Positions 1-9,133 of a DNA stretch of 64,000 bases are shown one piece after another; positions within the stretch are counted from its first letter, which is position 1; each line of letters begins with the position of its first letter. The notes below the pieces were generated by a model. That model worked only from the letters and a program-made list of their open reading frames with translations. It did no database searches and was not told the origin of the DNA. The DNA comes from Ignavibacteria bacterium (GTDB taxonomy: Bacteria > Bacteroidota > Ignavibacteria > OLB7). The position numbers and the translations under genes are program-made. Where the stretch lies: contig JACKAE010000001.1 of NCBI GenBank assembly GCA_020635205.1, forward strand, positions 128,042 through 192,041, in the 5' to 3' direction.

Positions 1-40
1 GGGAATCTACCTTCTTCCCTGCATCGGACTTGCTCTACTA

Positions 41-1048
41 TTGAATCGAAAAGAGTATCCGATAGGGAAGATTCTTAAGCGAGGATGGATTTTTGTGTTG
101 ACAGGTTCTTGGGGACTTTACGCAATTGTTCGCCAGCTTATAGCCGGGAGTGGAGGAGGAGAAGGGTGGAGTATCTACGTGAACCTCCGCGTTCCCCACC
201 ATGTCTTGCCCGATTTATGGAAGGGGAGTTTTTGGATTGTTGAACTTTTGGTTGGAGTGTTCGCGGCGATTCTTCTCTTGCGGATAGCTCGTTCGCCACA
301 GCTTCGATTCTTTGCGGCTCTTGTATTGGGGAGTGCGTTTCTGTTCGGCATCGGTTTGATTATCTGGCTTGCCGGGGTCACTGATCTGCTTCGATTCTAC
401 TGGTTCCGTTTCCCTGATACAGTGATTCCGTTTGCCGTTGCAATGATGATTGCTCTTCTCCTCAGCTACCTCTTCGAGCGATATCCTGCCGGGGGTAGTG
501 TTCAGGAATCGGCTGGGGATTCGCTTGCAAGGTCACGGAGTCGTTCGTGGAGCCGAATGAAGCAAGGGGGAGAGCTTGCGCTGATTGGATTGCTTCTCGT
601 TCTCTCAGTTAGTGAAATTGTTCGGAAGATTCAAACGTTTGATCCCGTTCTCGGGTGGGGAGCTACTCCCTACGTTCCAATGTTCGACTGGATAGGGGAG
701 AACACTCCGAAGAATGCCACCTTCATGATTGATCCTGCTATGCAGGAGTTCTACGTCCGTGCCGAGCGGAGTCTCTTCGTCTCATTTAAACATTCACCAC
801 AGTCAGCGGAAGATATGGTAGAGTGGTATCGACGGTTAGTTCTCTGCAACGGAGGCATACCACTTGAGGGGAAAGGGTTTGGTGCGGCAAAGAAGATAAA
901 GGAGAACTTCTATCAACTGGATTCTGCACACATTGCAGTGATTGCAAAGGAGTATGGAATCAACTACTATCTTGGGAAGACCGATCAATCTCTTCCGTTT
1001 GAGCGTATCCACCAAGAAGGAGAATTCACCTTGTACAGAGTTCAGTAA
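41..1048 (+). CDS. hypothetical polytopic membrane protein
   Basis: 335-aa ORF with several hydrophobic helices in the N-terminal half (LAGVTDLLRFYWF, FAVAMMIALLLSYLF, LALIGLLLVLSV). No recognisable catalytic motif. It starts near the window edge, so upstream context is unknown. Confidence 0.45.
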   Translation: MNRKEYPIGKILKRGWIFVLTGSWGLYAIVRQLIAGSGGGEGWSIYVNLRVPHHVLPDLWKGSFWIVELLVGVFAAILLLRIARSPQLRFFAALVLGSAFLFGIGLIIWLAGVTDLLRFYWFRFPDTVIPFAVAMMIALLLSYLFERYPAGGSVQESAGDSLARSRSRSWSRMKQGGELALIGLLLVLSVSEIVRKIQTFDPVLGWGATPYVPMFDWIGENTPKNATFMIDPAMQEFYVRAERSLFVSFKHSPQSAEDMVEWYRRLVLCNGGIPLEGKGFGAAKKIKENFYQLDSAHIAVIAKEYGINYYLGKTDQSLPFERIHQEGEFTLYRVQ

Positions 1049-1088
1049 CTTTATTCTCACAGTTCTTCTCGACTTACGAACAAGATAA

Positions 1089-1589
1089 ATGTATATGCTT
1101 TCATCACGACTTTGCTACGTTGCAGTTCACCATCTCTACGAAGGGGTAGAGCGCATCAGCACTTGTTTTTCCCAGCTCTCGGAGGAAGACATCTGGCGCA
1201 ATCATAATGCCAACCTTGTCTCTATTGGCAATCTGGTTCTCCACCTTCAGGGAAACGTCAGTCAGTACATCATTCAAGGTCTTGGTGGAGAAGAATATCA
1301 TCGGCATCGTGATGGAGAGTTTTCGGAGAAACCGGGGTTGAGTAGGGAGGAGTTGTTGGAGAGGATTACTGGGACGATTGACCAAGCAGCCGGGGTAATT
1401 GAAGGGCTGGATGAGGCTGCACTTCTGCGCGCAATCACGATTCAAGGATTCGAGCATACCGGGTTGAGTGCCTTGATCCATGTGGTAGAACATTTCTCCT
1501 ATCACGTGGGGCAGATTACTTTCGCCACGAAATATCTGAAAGATGTTGACCTTGGATATTATGCAGGGCTGGATCTGAACGCGCAGTAG
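1089..1589 (+). CDS. DinB/YfiT-like (DinB_2 / DUF1572 fold) metal-dependent protein
   Basis: 166 aa. Conserved His-containing motifs typical of the DinB four-helix-bundle family (HLYEG, HLQGNVSQYI, VEHFSYHVGQI). Confidence 0.55.
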   Translation: MYMLSSRLCYVAVHHLYEGVERISTCFSQLSEEDIWRNHNANLVSIGNLVLHLQGNVSQYIIQGLGGEEYHRHRDGEFSEKPGLSREELLERITGTIDQAAGVIEGLDEAALLRAITIQGFEHTGLSALIHVVEHFSYHVGQITFATKYLKDVDLGYYAGLDLNAQ

Positions 1590-1650
1590 AGGGATATGCT
1601 TATAGAGTTCTTAGGGAGGAGAGTGTGTAGAGTTCATAGAGCAGAATCTG
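1590..1650. repeat. partial copy of a dispersed intergenic repeat (TAGAGTT / TGTAGAGTT core)
   Basis: The string gcttatagagttcttagggaggagagtgtgtagagttcatagag shares the TATAGAG / TGTAGAG submotifs with the larger copies at 4920-5215, 7625-7810 and 14340-14660. Confidence 0.4.
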
Positions 1651-1758
1651 CCTATCTAACGTTGCACTCAGAATGAAGCGAAGTGGAATGAAGAGTCTCG
1701 CATGGTGTGTAGGTGAGATGCTTCGGTAGCTCTGCATGACATTGGATTGCTGATAGCC

Positions 1759-2055
1759 TCAAGCCTTCTCCTTTAACTTCCGATACTTCCGCTCCGATAG
1801 AGTCCAGATTGTTAGCCCAAAGAGTGGTCCTCCGATGAACATGAAGATTCCTAAAAAGAGGAGGAAGTTAGTCGAGAGGAACGTCTGGCTGAAACTTGAT
1901 CCATTAACGAGAATCTCGAAGAGTCGAGAGAAGATAGCACTAAGAAATCCCCACGTTAAGCCGGTGATAAATATGTAGCGCCACTTTCCCTTCGCGCGGG
2001 TTCCTTCCCATTGGTTTATGAATTTTTGATCTTGAGGCTGTATCATCAAGCTCAC
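1759..2055 (-). CDS. small two-helix membrane protein (hypothetical)
   Basis: 98 aa with two long hydrophobic segments (YIFITGLTWGFLSAIFSRLF and FLLFLGIFMFIGGPLFGLTIW). Lys/Arg-rich C-terminus. Confidence 0.4.
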   Translation of the reverse strand: MSLMIQPQDQKFINQWEGTRAKGKWRYIFITGLTWGFLSAIFSRLFEILVNGSSFSQTFLSTNFLLFLGIFMFIGGPLFGLTIWTLSERKYRKLKEKA

Positions 2056-2399
2056 GTATTAGGTTGCAGGGTTAGGATTGCGGATTGAACTGAATTCCAA
2101 ACCCGCAACCCTAAATCCCAAATTACATGCTTCTCCTACGACGCCAGAGGAGTATCGTTACAACGGCAGCTAGTGCTGCAAGTGTTGGAACTACGTGCTC
2201 CGGCTCTAACAAGAAGTGGAGCGGGCTTGTACCATTTGATTCACCATGCCCCGGATGTGCACGCAACTGCATCGTGCTTGCAGCAATTAGTAGGAGTGAA
2301 AGAAAGAGTTGATGTCGTTTTCTGTTCATAGATCAAGTTTGTCGTTTCGATAATTTGTTAAAGGTTTCTTCCCCGATTGAAGAAACAAATTTTTCTTAG

Positions 2400-2957
2400 C
2401 TATGTGAGCTTTGGAGAAGTAGATGGACTGCGATGAATGAGTTTTCGACAACTCATATAAAATATACGCTTTGGTAAAGAATAACTCCTTGACTGATTCC
2501 AGTTCCATATACTGGGCCAGTATTTTTTAACATACTCTTTTAAGTCACGACGGTCTTCGTTGTTCCCAGCAAGAATGCCAATATGATATTGGCATAAGCG
2601 ATCAATTGCACCGTTGTCAATACCTAATCGACGAACGCTCTCGCAGACATACAAGAATTGAAGTGCTTTTTCGAGTTGCGTCAGGGCTTCAATTCCTTCA
2701 TCACTTAAGCTGGTAGGCATTTGAAGGGCAGGGTAATATTTCCTCATATAAGAAGGAGAGTATTCAACCTCAAAAAATGTCTGAACGTGTACTTTGTATT
2801 CATCTTCAATCTTAAGCAGAATCTCTGCTGCTTTGATTCTGTTGTTACGACGAAAAGTATTAAGAGCCATTAAGGCAACCAGTACACTTGGGACAAGTGC
2901 CACTGCTTGAGGGTTTCTTACGATAAAATTAAATATTGCTTCCATGTTGCCACACAC
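2400..2957 (-). CDS. hypothetical protein
   Basis: 185-aa ORF with an N-terminal hydrophobic helix, sitting in a locally AT-rich stretch. No motif I recognise. Confidence 0.3.
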   Translation of the reverse strand: MCGNMEAIFNFIVRNPQAVALVPSVLVALMALNTFRRNNRIKAAEILLKIEDEYKVHVQTFFEVEYSPSYMRKYYPALQMPTSLSDEGIEALTQLEKALQFLYVCESVRRLGIDNGAIDRLCQYHIGILAGNNEDRRDLKEYVKKYWPSIWNWNQSRSYSLPKRIFYMSCRKLIHRSPSTSPKLT

Positions 2958-3039
2958 TGAATTGAAATGAAGGTTTCGTTCTTTGATCTTCTATCTTAAA
3001 CAGTTAGCCTATTCGAACTCTTGAGCTCAATGTGATTCC

Positions 3040-4851
3040 CTAATCACACGACCGTGCAACTCTCACTGCAATGCGCCTGTTTTGCCGGCGAATGCTCTCC
3101 AGCTCTTCTGGGTTCATCTTCTTCGCCTCTTCAGAGTTCGGATCGGGTTCAGGCACGGCATTCCTCACGCTTCCGTAGCCGATTGTCCCCTCCACTTTCT
3201 CCGGCGAAACTCCTCGTTCTATAAGCCATGCCTTCACTCGGTCGGCTCGCATCTCGCTTAACAGAAGATTCCGTTGGTCAGACCCTTCGCGTGAGGCGTG
3301 CCCTTCAATCAGCACGCGAAGTCCGGGACATTGGTTGATGTAGGACATGATCTTTGCTAAGCTCTCGGTTGTTTCCTGTCGGGAGAAATCAAATTGGTCG
3401 GTATTCTTCAAGAAGTAGACGGCAGGGAAGTCAGTAATCGTTCCAACTTTTGGTGGAGCCGGACAGCCGTTCCGTTCCGGCACACCTCGAACCAGTGGGC
3501 AGGCATCTTCGCCGTCGATTACGCCATCGTCGTCACTGTCTGGGTCGTTCGGGTTCGTCTTGTAGGTTTGTACTTCCGCTCCGTCTGCCAAACGATCATT
3601 ATCAGTGTCTGGGCTGAGTGGATCAGTCTTCCAGATAGCAATCTCTTGCCCATCGGTCAACTCGTCGTTGTCAGTGTCGGTGTCGAGTGGGTTTGTGCGA
3701 TAGGTCAGCACTTCCTCTCCGTCGGTTAACTCGTCGTCGTCGGAGTCAGCATCGCGAGGATTCGTTCTCCGTTCAATCTCGTCGCCGTCGTTCAAGCCAT
3801 CTTTATCGGTATCAGGCTCTAACGGGTCTGTGTTATAGCGTCCTACTTCGTCCCCATCGTTCAATTTATCCCCATCGCTATCTGCGGATAGTGGGTTCGT
3901 TCGGTGGACTTCTACTTCGTTCCCATCGGTCAGGTCGTCGTTGTCGCTATCTATCTTCAGAGGATTTGTTTTGTACTCTCGAAGTTCTTCAGCATCTCCC
4001 AGTCCGTCGCCGTCAGTGTCGGGCTTCAGAGGATTCGTTCCATACGTTCGTATTTCCTCGATATCAGTCAGTTGGTCACCGTCGGTGTCGAGAATACAAG
4101 GATCGGTTCCCACCTGCTTCTCCTCCCGGTCACTCAACCCATCCTCGTCGCAGTCAAGTTTTCCGAAGACGTAGTAGCTAACTCCAGCTCCCAACGTTCC
4201 ATACCCATCTGGAAGTCCTCCGTCGTCGAAGTCATCTAAGAAGTCACTCAGCGTCAGGTTCAATCGGCCTTCAGCAGTTAATGTCAGGTCTGGCGTCAGG
4301 TAGTACTCGGCTCCAACTCCAATTGGGATCATTAGTGAAGTGGTAGTGTAGAGAGAACCTTCTTGATTGTTCGGTAACTTTACACCCTGCTCCTTATTGC
4401 GAGGATCGAACGTAATAAAGCCAATGCCAGCGGTTACGTATGGGACGAGACGTTCTTCCGTTCGGAAGTTCCAAGAGGCAGCCACCACCCAGTTTGTGAT
4501 GCTAATCTTGTTCCTCTCATCGCGGTTGATGCTGCCGTTGGCCGTAGGGTAGATAGTATCGCTCGGAAGACCGAAGTACTCAGGGTGGGAGAGAATATTA
4601 TCTGATGAGATTGCATCGCTCAACCACCCCCCTCCAAGGCGGGCGAAGAGGGAGAACTGGTGGGTGATATTCCAGCGAGCAACAAACATCCCCGCGAAGC
4701 CGAAGTCACTGTTAAACGAGCCGAAGTATCGTGTCAGGTCAATTTCTCCTCCAACAGAAATTCGGTCGGGAGCTGTCTGTGGTAAGAGAGTGGTTGCCGA
4801 GATACAGAAGAGAATCGAGAAACTGAGAATGTATCGGTGCAAGGTGGACAT
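3040..4851 (-). CDS. OmpA-family outer membrane protein with thrombospondin type-3 repeats
   Basis: Signal peptide, then an N-terminal beta-barrel-like region. About 12 tandem TSP3 calcium-binding repeats follow (DTDGDGLGDAEE, DSDNDDLTDGNE, DTDKDGLNDGDE ...). The C-terminal OmpA peptidoglycan-binding domain is present (GHASREGSDQRNLLLSEMRADRVKAWL). Confidence 0.85.
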   Translation of the reverse strand: MSTLHRYILSFSILFCISATTLLPQTAPDRISVGGEIDLTRYFGSFNSDFGFAGMFVARWNITHQFSLFARLGGGWLSDAISSDNILSHPEYFGLPSDTIYPTANGSINRDERNKISITNWVVAASWNFRTEERLVPYVTAGIGFITFDPRNKEQGVKLPNNQEGSLYTTTSLMIPIGVGAEYYLTPDLTLTAEGRLNLTLSDFLDDFDDGGLPDGYGTLGAGVSYYVFGKLDCDEDGLSDREEKQVGTDPCILDTDGDQLTDIEEIRTYGTNPLKPDTDGDGLGDAEELREYKTNPLKIDSDNDDLTDGNEVEVHRTNPLSADSDGDKLNDGDEVGRYNTDPLEPDTDKDGLNDGDEIERRTNPRDADSDDDELTDGEEVLTYRTNPLDTDTDNDELTDGQEIAIWKTDPLSPDTDNDRLADGAEVQTYKTNPNDPDSDDDGVIDGEDACPLVRGVPERNGCPAPPKVGTITDFPAVYFLKNTDQFDFSRQETTESLAKIMSYINQCPGLRVLIEGHASREGSDQRNLLLSEMRADRVKAWLIERGVSPEKVEGTIGYGSVRNAVPEPDPNSEEAKKMNPEELESIRRQNRRIAVRVARSCD

Positions 4852-4919
4852 CGGTTCGATAGTTGATTAGATAGTAGATCGTCGATAGTTGTTGTGCAAA
4901 GCCAATGCGAGATCATCGT

Positions 4920-5215
4920 GTAGCCTCAGTGGCACGCGCAAAAATAGCGAAGAGTTCACGCAAAGTCGCAAAGAGCACGAAGTATGCAAAAAGGAGGAGA
5001 GGTTGCAACCACTCTCCAAACCCTATCAACTCTTCTCTCTACGAACTCTCCTCTGTCTCCCTCTAACCTACAAGAGTTCCGTCTACCATCACTCATACAC
5101 TCTCACACTCCAAACCCCACACTTCCTACTCTATAAACTCTACACACTCTTCTCTCTACGAACTTCCCTCTGCCTCAACACTTCAAATCCGAGGATGCTG
5201 GCTGCTGAGGCTGCC
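4920..5215. repeat. dispersed intergenic repeat element, inverse orientation
   Basis: Contains ctctacgaac, ctctataaactctacacactc and ctctctacgaac. These are reverse complements of the GTTCGTAGAG / GAGTGTGTAGAGTTTATAGAG motifs seen at 7625-7810 and 14340-14660. The 5-prime part (cgcaaagtcgcaaagag) is the reverse complement of the ctttgcg...ctttgcgtgac tail of the 14600-14650 copy. Confidence 0.6.
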
Positions 5216-5931
5216 CCGAGCGATTGACGGAAGTCACGTCCGTAAGGGATTTCCAGCAGAAGGTCGGCACGGTCAAGGAATGAACGTTTCACGCCTCGCC
5301 GTTCGCCACCGATTAAGAGGAAGAGAGGGACTGTAAGGTCTGTTTCGTAGAGAGAGCGGCTGTTCTTCTCTTTCGTCGTTACGGCAATTTTTAGTCCAAG
5401 AGTGCGAAAGATTTCAGCCCCTTCATCTGGAGAGCTTACCTCTGCAGTTGGCATAAGTTCGGATGCTCCGGCGGAAGAGCGGGCAATTACTGTTGTTGCA
5501 CTCAACCAATCTCTATGGCGGAGAACCAAGCCGTCAACCCCGGCTGCCCAGAGTGCGCGAATTGCAAATCCGAGATTGTAAGGGTCTTCGATTCCATCGA
5601 GCATAACAATGAAGGGAGAATCGGCGTCGGGGAGAAGCTCTTCCGCTGAGAGTGAGCGTCGTTGGCCAACGAAGGCCAATACCCCTCCATGTCCATGGCT
5701 CTCGGCAAGTCGGTCAAGTTCTTCCCGCGTTTCGTTCTTCACTCTTACTCCGCGCCGTTCTGCTTCCCGCCGAAGCCACGTTATTCCGCGGTCGTCCCGC
5801 TTCGGGTCGATTAGAATCTGCGCCATTTCTCGAAACCCTCCGGTTAAGGCTCCCTTCACTGCAGCAAATCCTTCCAAACAAATTGATTCTTCCATAGGGT
5901 GATAAGATAAACTGGAAAATCTCCTCGTCAC
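5140..5931 (-). CDS. TrmH/SpoU-family RNA 2-prime-O-methyltransferase (RlmB-like)
   Basis: SpoU motifs are present: IVMLDGIEDPYNLGFAIRALWAAGVDGLVL and LLIGGERRGV...EIPYGRDFRQSLGAASAASI. An alternative start sits at the MEESI codon (5895). Confidence 0.8.
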   Translation of the reverse strand: MTRRFSSLSYHPMEESICLEGFAAVKGALTGGFREMAQILIDPKRDDRGITWLRREAERRGVRVKNETREELDRLAESHGHGGVLAFVGQRRSLSAEELLPDADSPFIVMLDGIEDPYNLGFAIRALWAAGVDGLVLRHRDWLSATTVIARSSAGASELMPTAEVSSPDEGAEIFRTLGLKIAVTTKEKNSRSLYETDLTVPLFLLIGGERRGVKRSFLDRADLLLEIPYGRDFRQSLGAASAASILGFEVLRQREVRREKSV

Positions 5932-5970
5932 AAACGCCTCGTGCCGTATCTTCTATTCTACTGAGTATTT

Positions 5971-6939
5971 TTGCCTCATCAAACTGGAATGCAGAAGCCG
6001 AACGAATCTTCCACATTGGATATGTCGTCACTGAGTCGTTATCGTCGTGCTCGCAAGTGGGTCTACGATCTCGTGCAGTCCCCAGAAATCGATTCACGAT
6101 TGGAGTCGTGGGTTCGTCACGGCATCACAATTCTGATTGTGCTGAACGTGATTGCCGTCATGATCGAGACGATGAAGGAGGCCTACAACGAGTATCACGT
6201 TATCTTCCATTGGATTGAGATATTCTCCGTTGCTGCCTTTACGGTTGAATACCTTCTTCGTCTCTGGGCAGTTGTGGAGGACCCTCGTTTTTCGCGACCT
6301 ATCCGTGGTCGTCTTCGCTATGCCGTCTCATTTTTTGCCTTGGTCGATCTCTTCGCAATTCTCCCCTTCTACCTTCCGATGCTTTTCAAGATTGATCTTC
6401 GGACAATTCGTGTGCTTCGCCTCTTCCGGCTCTTTCGTTTAATGAAGCTCGGGCGTTATTCGCGAGCAGCACAAGTAATTGTGGAGGTCTTTCGCAATCG
6501 ACGGGAAGAGCTAACCATGTCGATCGGCACAATCATTCTTCTTCTGATTATCTCTTCCACAGTAATTTTCTACCTTGAGCATGAGGCACAACCAGATTCA
6601 TTCCCGAACATTCCCGCCTCCCTTTGGTGGGGTGTGGTTACTCTCACAACTGTCGGCTACGGAGATGTCTACCCGATAACAGTGGGGGGGAAAGTTTTTG
6701 CCGCATTTATCTCGATTCTGAGCATCGGTCTCGTTGCTCTTCCCTCCGGCATCATTGTCTCTGGATTTGTCAGAGAAGATGAAGAAGAAGAGGAGAAAGA
6801 GATGGCTGCGGCGATGCGGGAACGTCTTCATGGCAAGGTCGAACAGGAGGTGGGGGGAGGAGTCATCTGTCCCCACTGCGATAACTATTTGGCAATGAAT
6901 ATCTATCTATCCAAACATGATACAGAAGATGGTGAATAA
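5971..6939 (+). CDS. voltage-gated-type (6TM) potassium channel
   Basis: S4-like arginine ladder (RVLRLFRLFRLMKLGR), pore helix and the canonical K+ selectivity filter TTVGYGD. Acidic EEEEE tail with CPHC near the C-terminus. Confidence 0.85.
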   Translation: MPHQTGMQKPNESSTLDMSSLSRYRRARKWVYDLVQSPEIDSRLESWVRHGITILIVLNVIAVMIETMKEAYNEYHVIFHWIEIFSVAAFTVEYLLRLWAVVEDPRFSRPIRGRLRYAVSFFALVDLFAILPFYLPMLFKIDLRTIRVLRLFRLFRLMKLGRYSRAAQVIVEVFRNRREELTMSIGTIILLLIISSTVIFYLEHEAQPDSFPNIPASLWWGVVTLTTVGYGDVYPITVGGKVFAAFISILSIGLVALPSGIIVSGFVREDEEEEEKEMAAAMRERLHGKVEQEVGGGVICPHCDNYLAMNIYLSKHDTEDGE

Positions 6940-6940
6940 C

Positions 6941-7627
6941 ATGAACTTTGATGTACTTGAGCAACGTATTGCTCGCCTTGAGCGGAAAGAGCAGACTTGG
7001 CGTCGAGCTTTTTTCGGTCTCCTCGCCTCGGTTGCTGCGGTTGTTCTGATTGCAGCCGGGCCAGGGGGTGTTCCTGATCTCATTCAGGCAAAATCTTTCC
7101 AAGTAGTCGACAACGACGGAAAGGTACTGGTAAACCTTGCCAGTAACCCGATGGGGGGGATGACGATGGTGATGAACCAAGAGGGACAGCCGGTGGTGTT
7201 GGCAGGGGCTTCAGGACTTGGGGGAGTGATGGGAATCAGCAACAAAGTGGGCAATCCGGTTGCTCTCTTGGAGGCAACTGGATCGGGAGGAGCGGTTACG
7301 ACAAAGAGCAATGGTGGGGCAAACTTGACACAGATCGGTGCTCGACCTGAAGGGGGAGCCGTTGTAGTGAACAACGCTGAGGGGACCAACACGATTGTGC
7401 TCCGGTCACAGGGGAACGGAGGCCAAGTAGATTTAAACAGCAATAGAGGGCGTCCCCTCTACTCAGTTCTGGCAACCCCAGCCGGTGGAGGTATGGTGCT
7501 TCTCGACACTGCCGGCACTGCCCGCATGACGGTTGTGACAGGAGAGTTGGGAGGTGTGGCCACACTCTACAACACAACGGGAGAGATGATCTGGCAAGCT
7601 CCGAATCCAGGTTTTATGGGTAAGTAG
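6941..7627 (+). CDS. membrane-anchored protein with seven ~22-aa Gly-rich repeats (hypothetical)
   Basis: Its ATG lies 2 nt after the channel stop. Coiled-coil N-terminus (LEQRIARLERKEQ), one TM helix (FFGLLASVAAVVLIAAG). Then seven repeats of the form h-V-L-x(5)-GG-x-h-x-h-x-N-x-x-G (PVVLAGASGLGGVMGISNKVGN, PVALLEATGSGGAVTTKSNGGAN ...). Alternative starts at 6917 and 6929. Confidence 0.5.
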   Translation: MNFDVLEQRIARLERKEQTWRRAFFGLLASVAAVVLIAAGPGGVPDLIQAKSFQVVDNDGKVLVNLASNPMGGMTMVMNQEGQPVVLAGASGLGGVMGISNKVGNPVALLEATGSGGAVTTKSNGGANLTQIGARPEGGAVVVNNAEGTNTIVLRSQGNGGQVDLNSNRGRPLYSVLATPAGGGMVLLDTAGTARMTVVTGELGGVATLYNTTGEMIWQAPNPGFMGK

Positions 7628-7810
7628 TTTATCATAGTTCGTAGAGTTTATAGAGTGATAACTTGGGGATAGTATATGAGTTCGTGAGTGAGGGAGTTAT
7701 AAGCGATAGTAAGGGTTGGTTTTCAGTCACCTCTTAACGCTCGAGTGTAAGTGATCCCGACAACTCATGCACTCATCTACTCTCTCACTCATACACTTTT
7801 AAGTACTGAA
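7625..7810. repeat. dispersed intergenic repeat element
   Basis: gttcgtagagtttatagagtgataacttggggatagtatatgagttcgtgagtgagggagttataag. It shares GTTCGTAGAG, TTTATAGAGTG and TATGAGTTCGTGAGTG with the 14340-14660 copy. Confidence 0.55.
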
Positions 7811-7815
7811 ACTGC

Positions 7816-9099
7816 ATGACGTTATTCAATCTCCTTGCCGGACTAATCGGACTCTCCGCCATCTTCAGCTACCTCAACTATCGCTTTCTGAAGCTGCCGA
7901 TGTCAATTGGGTTGATGGTAATGGGGCTTGCATTCTCGTTGGTGATTGTCCTTCTCGGCGCGTTTGATCTGGGGGTTCACGACCAAGCGCGGGGAGTTCT
8001 GATGCAGGTTGACTTCAACGAGACCTTGATGCAGGGGATGTTGGGCTTCCTTCTCTTTGCCGGTGCGCTCCACGTTGACTTGAATGACCTCCGCGAACAA
8101 CGAACACTGATTCTCCTACTGGCCGTTTTCGGTACTCTCCTGACAACACTTCTCGTTGGAGCAGTTCTCTTCTTCGTTCTTCCGATTCTTGGAATCACGC
8201 TTGGTTGGTGGTACTGCCTTCTCTTCGGTGCGTTGATTGCCCCAACCGATCCAATTGCAGTCCTCGGCATCTTAAAGAAACTTGGAGTTCCAAAGTCGCT
8301 TGAAGTGCAAATCTCAGGTGAATCTCTCTTCAACGATGGTGTTGGCGTTGTCATCTTCTTGGCAATCTGGTCGTTAGCTGGTCTTGGAGGTGACCATGGT
8401 GGAGAATTATCTGGGGGAGGAATTGCCTGGCTCTTCGTTCAAGAGGCACTCGGTGGGGCGTTGTTCGGTCTGGTAATCGGTTACTTCGGCTATAGGATGC
8501 TGAAGAGCATCGACAACTACCAAGTGGAAATCCTTATCTCCCTTGCCCTCGTCTTCACCGGCTACGCAATCTCTATGTGGCTTCACCTCTCGGGACCGAT
8601 TGCCATGGTTATTGCCGGACTTCTCCTCGGGAACCACGGGCGTGCCTTCGCCATGTCCGACACGACGCGGGAGCACCTCGACATGTTCTGGGAGCTTGTG
8701 GATGAATTCCTGAACGCGATCCTCTTCGTTCTCATTGGTCTGGAGATGCTGATCCTCTCCTTCGTCGGAGAGTATCTGCTGGCCGGCATCATTGTGATTG
8801 CCATTGTCCTCTTAGCTCGGTTAGGAACAGTTGCTCTGCCGGTAAACATCCTTCGCTGGCGTGGGAAGGGAGAAGACCTCCCCCGCTACACCTCCCGCCT
8901 AATGACCTGGGGTGGGTTGCGCGGAGGAATTAGCGTTGCCTTAGCTCTCTCAATTCCGGTTGTTCACAACGGAGCACCACTCGCCGAACGGGAGACAATC
9001 GTTGCCCTCACCTACATCGTCGTCCTCTTCTCCATCATCGTCCAAGGCTTAACAATGGGGCCGCTGTTGAGGAGGTGGGGGGTGGTGGGGGAGAGTTGA
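7816..9099 (+). CDS. NhaP-type Na+(K+)/H+ antiporter (CPA1 family)
   Basis: 427 aa with about 12 TM helices. CPA1 motifs are present: LFNDGVGVVIF and the TWGGLRGGISVALALS helix. Confidence 0.85.
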   Translation: MTLFNLLAGLIGLSAIFSYLNYRFLKLPMSIGLMVMGLAFSLVIVLLGAFDLGVHDQARGVLMQVDFNETLMQGMLGFLLFAGALHVDLNDLREQRTLILLLAVFGTLLTTLLVGAVLFFVLPILGITLGWWYCLLFGALIAPTDPIAVLGILKKLGVPKSLEVQISGESLFNDGVGVVIFLAIWSLAGLGGDHGGELSGGGIAWLFVQEALGGALFGLVIGYFGYRMLKSIDNYQVEILISLALVFTGYAISMWLHLSGPIAMVIAGLLLGNHGRAFAMSDTTREHLDMFWELVDEFLNAILFVLIGLEMLILSFVGEYLLAGIIVIAIVLLARLGTVALPVNILRWRGKGEDLPRYTSRLMTWGGLRGGISVALALSIPVVHNGAPLAERETIVALTYIVVLFSIIVQGLTMGPLLRRWGVVGES

Positions 9100-9133
9100 A
9101 GAAGGTTTCGCTTTTCTTTGACATACATTCTTT

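Noticed and set aside
2123-2329. Overlapping 68-aa (-) and 61-aa (+) ORFs
   Set aside because: Too short and mutually exclusive. The minus-strand one has a hydrophobic helix and could be a real small membrane protein, but the evidence is insufficient to call it.
3394-4239. Plus-strand ORFs (111-164 aa) antisense to the OmpA TSP3 region
   Set aside because: Arg/Ser-rich low-complexity translations of the antisense of GAC/GAT-rich repeat DNA. They are fully nested in a well-supported gene.
5502-6097. ORFs overlapping or antisense to the TrmH/RlmB gene, and a 127-aa minus ORF overlapping the K+ channel start
   Set aside because: They conflict with two genes that have clear family motifs. They lack signal or motif content.
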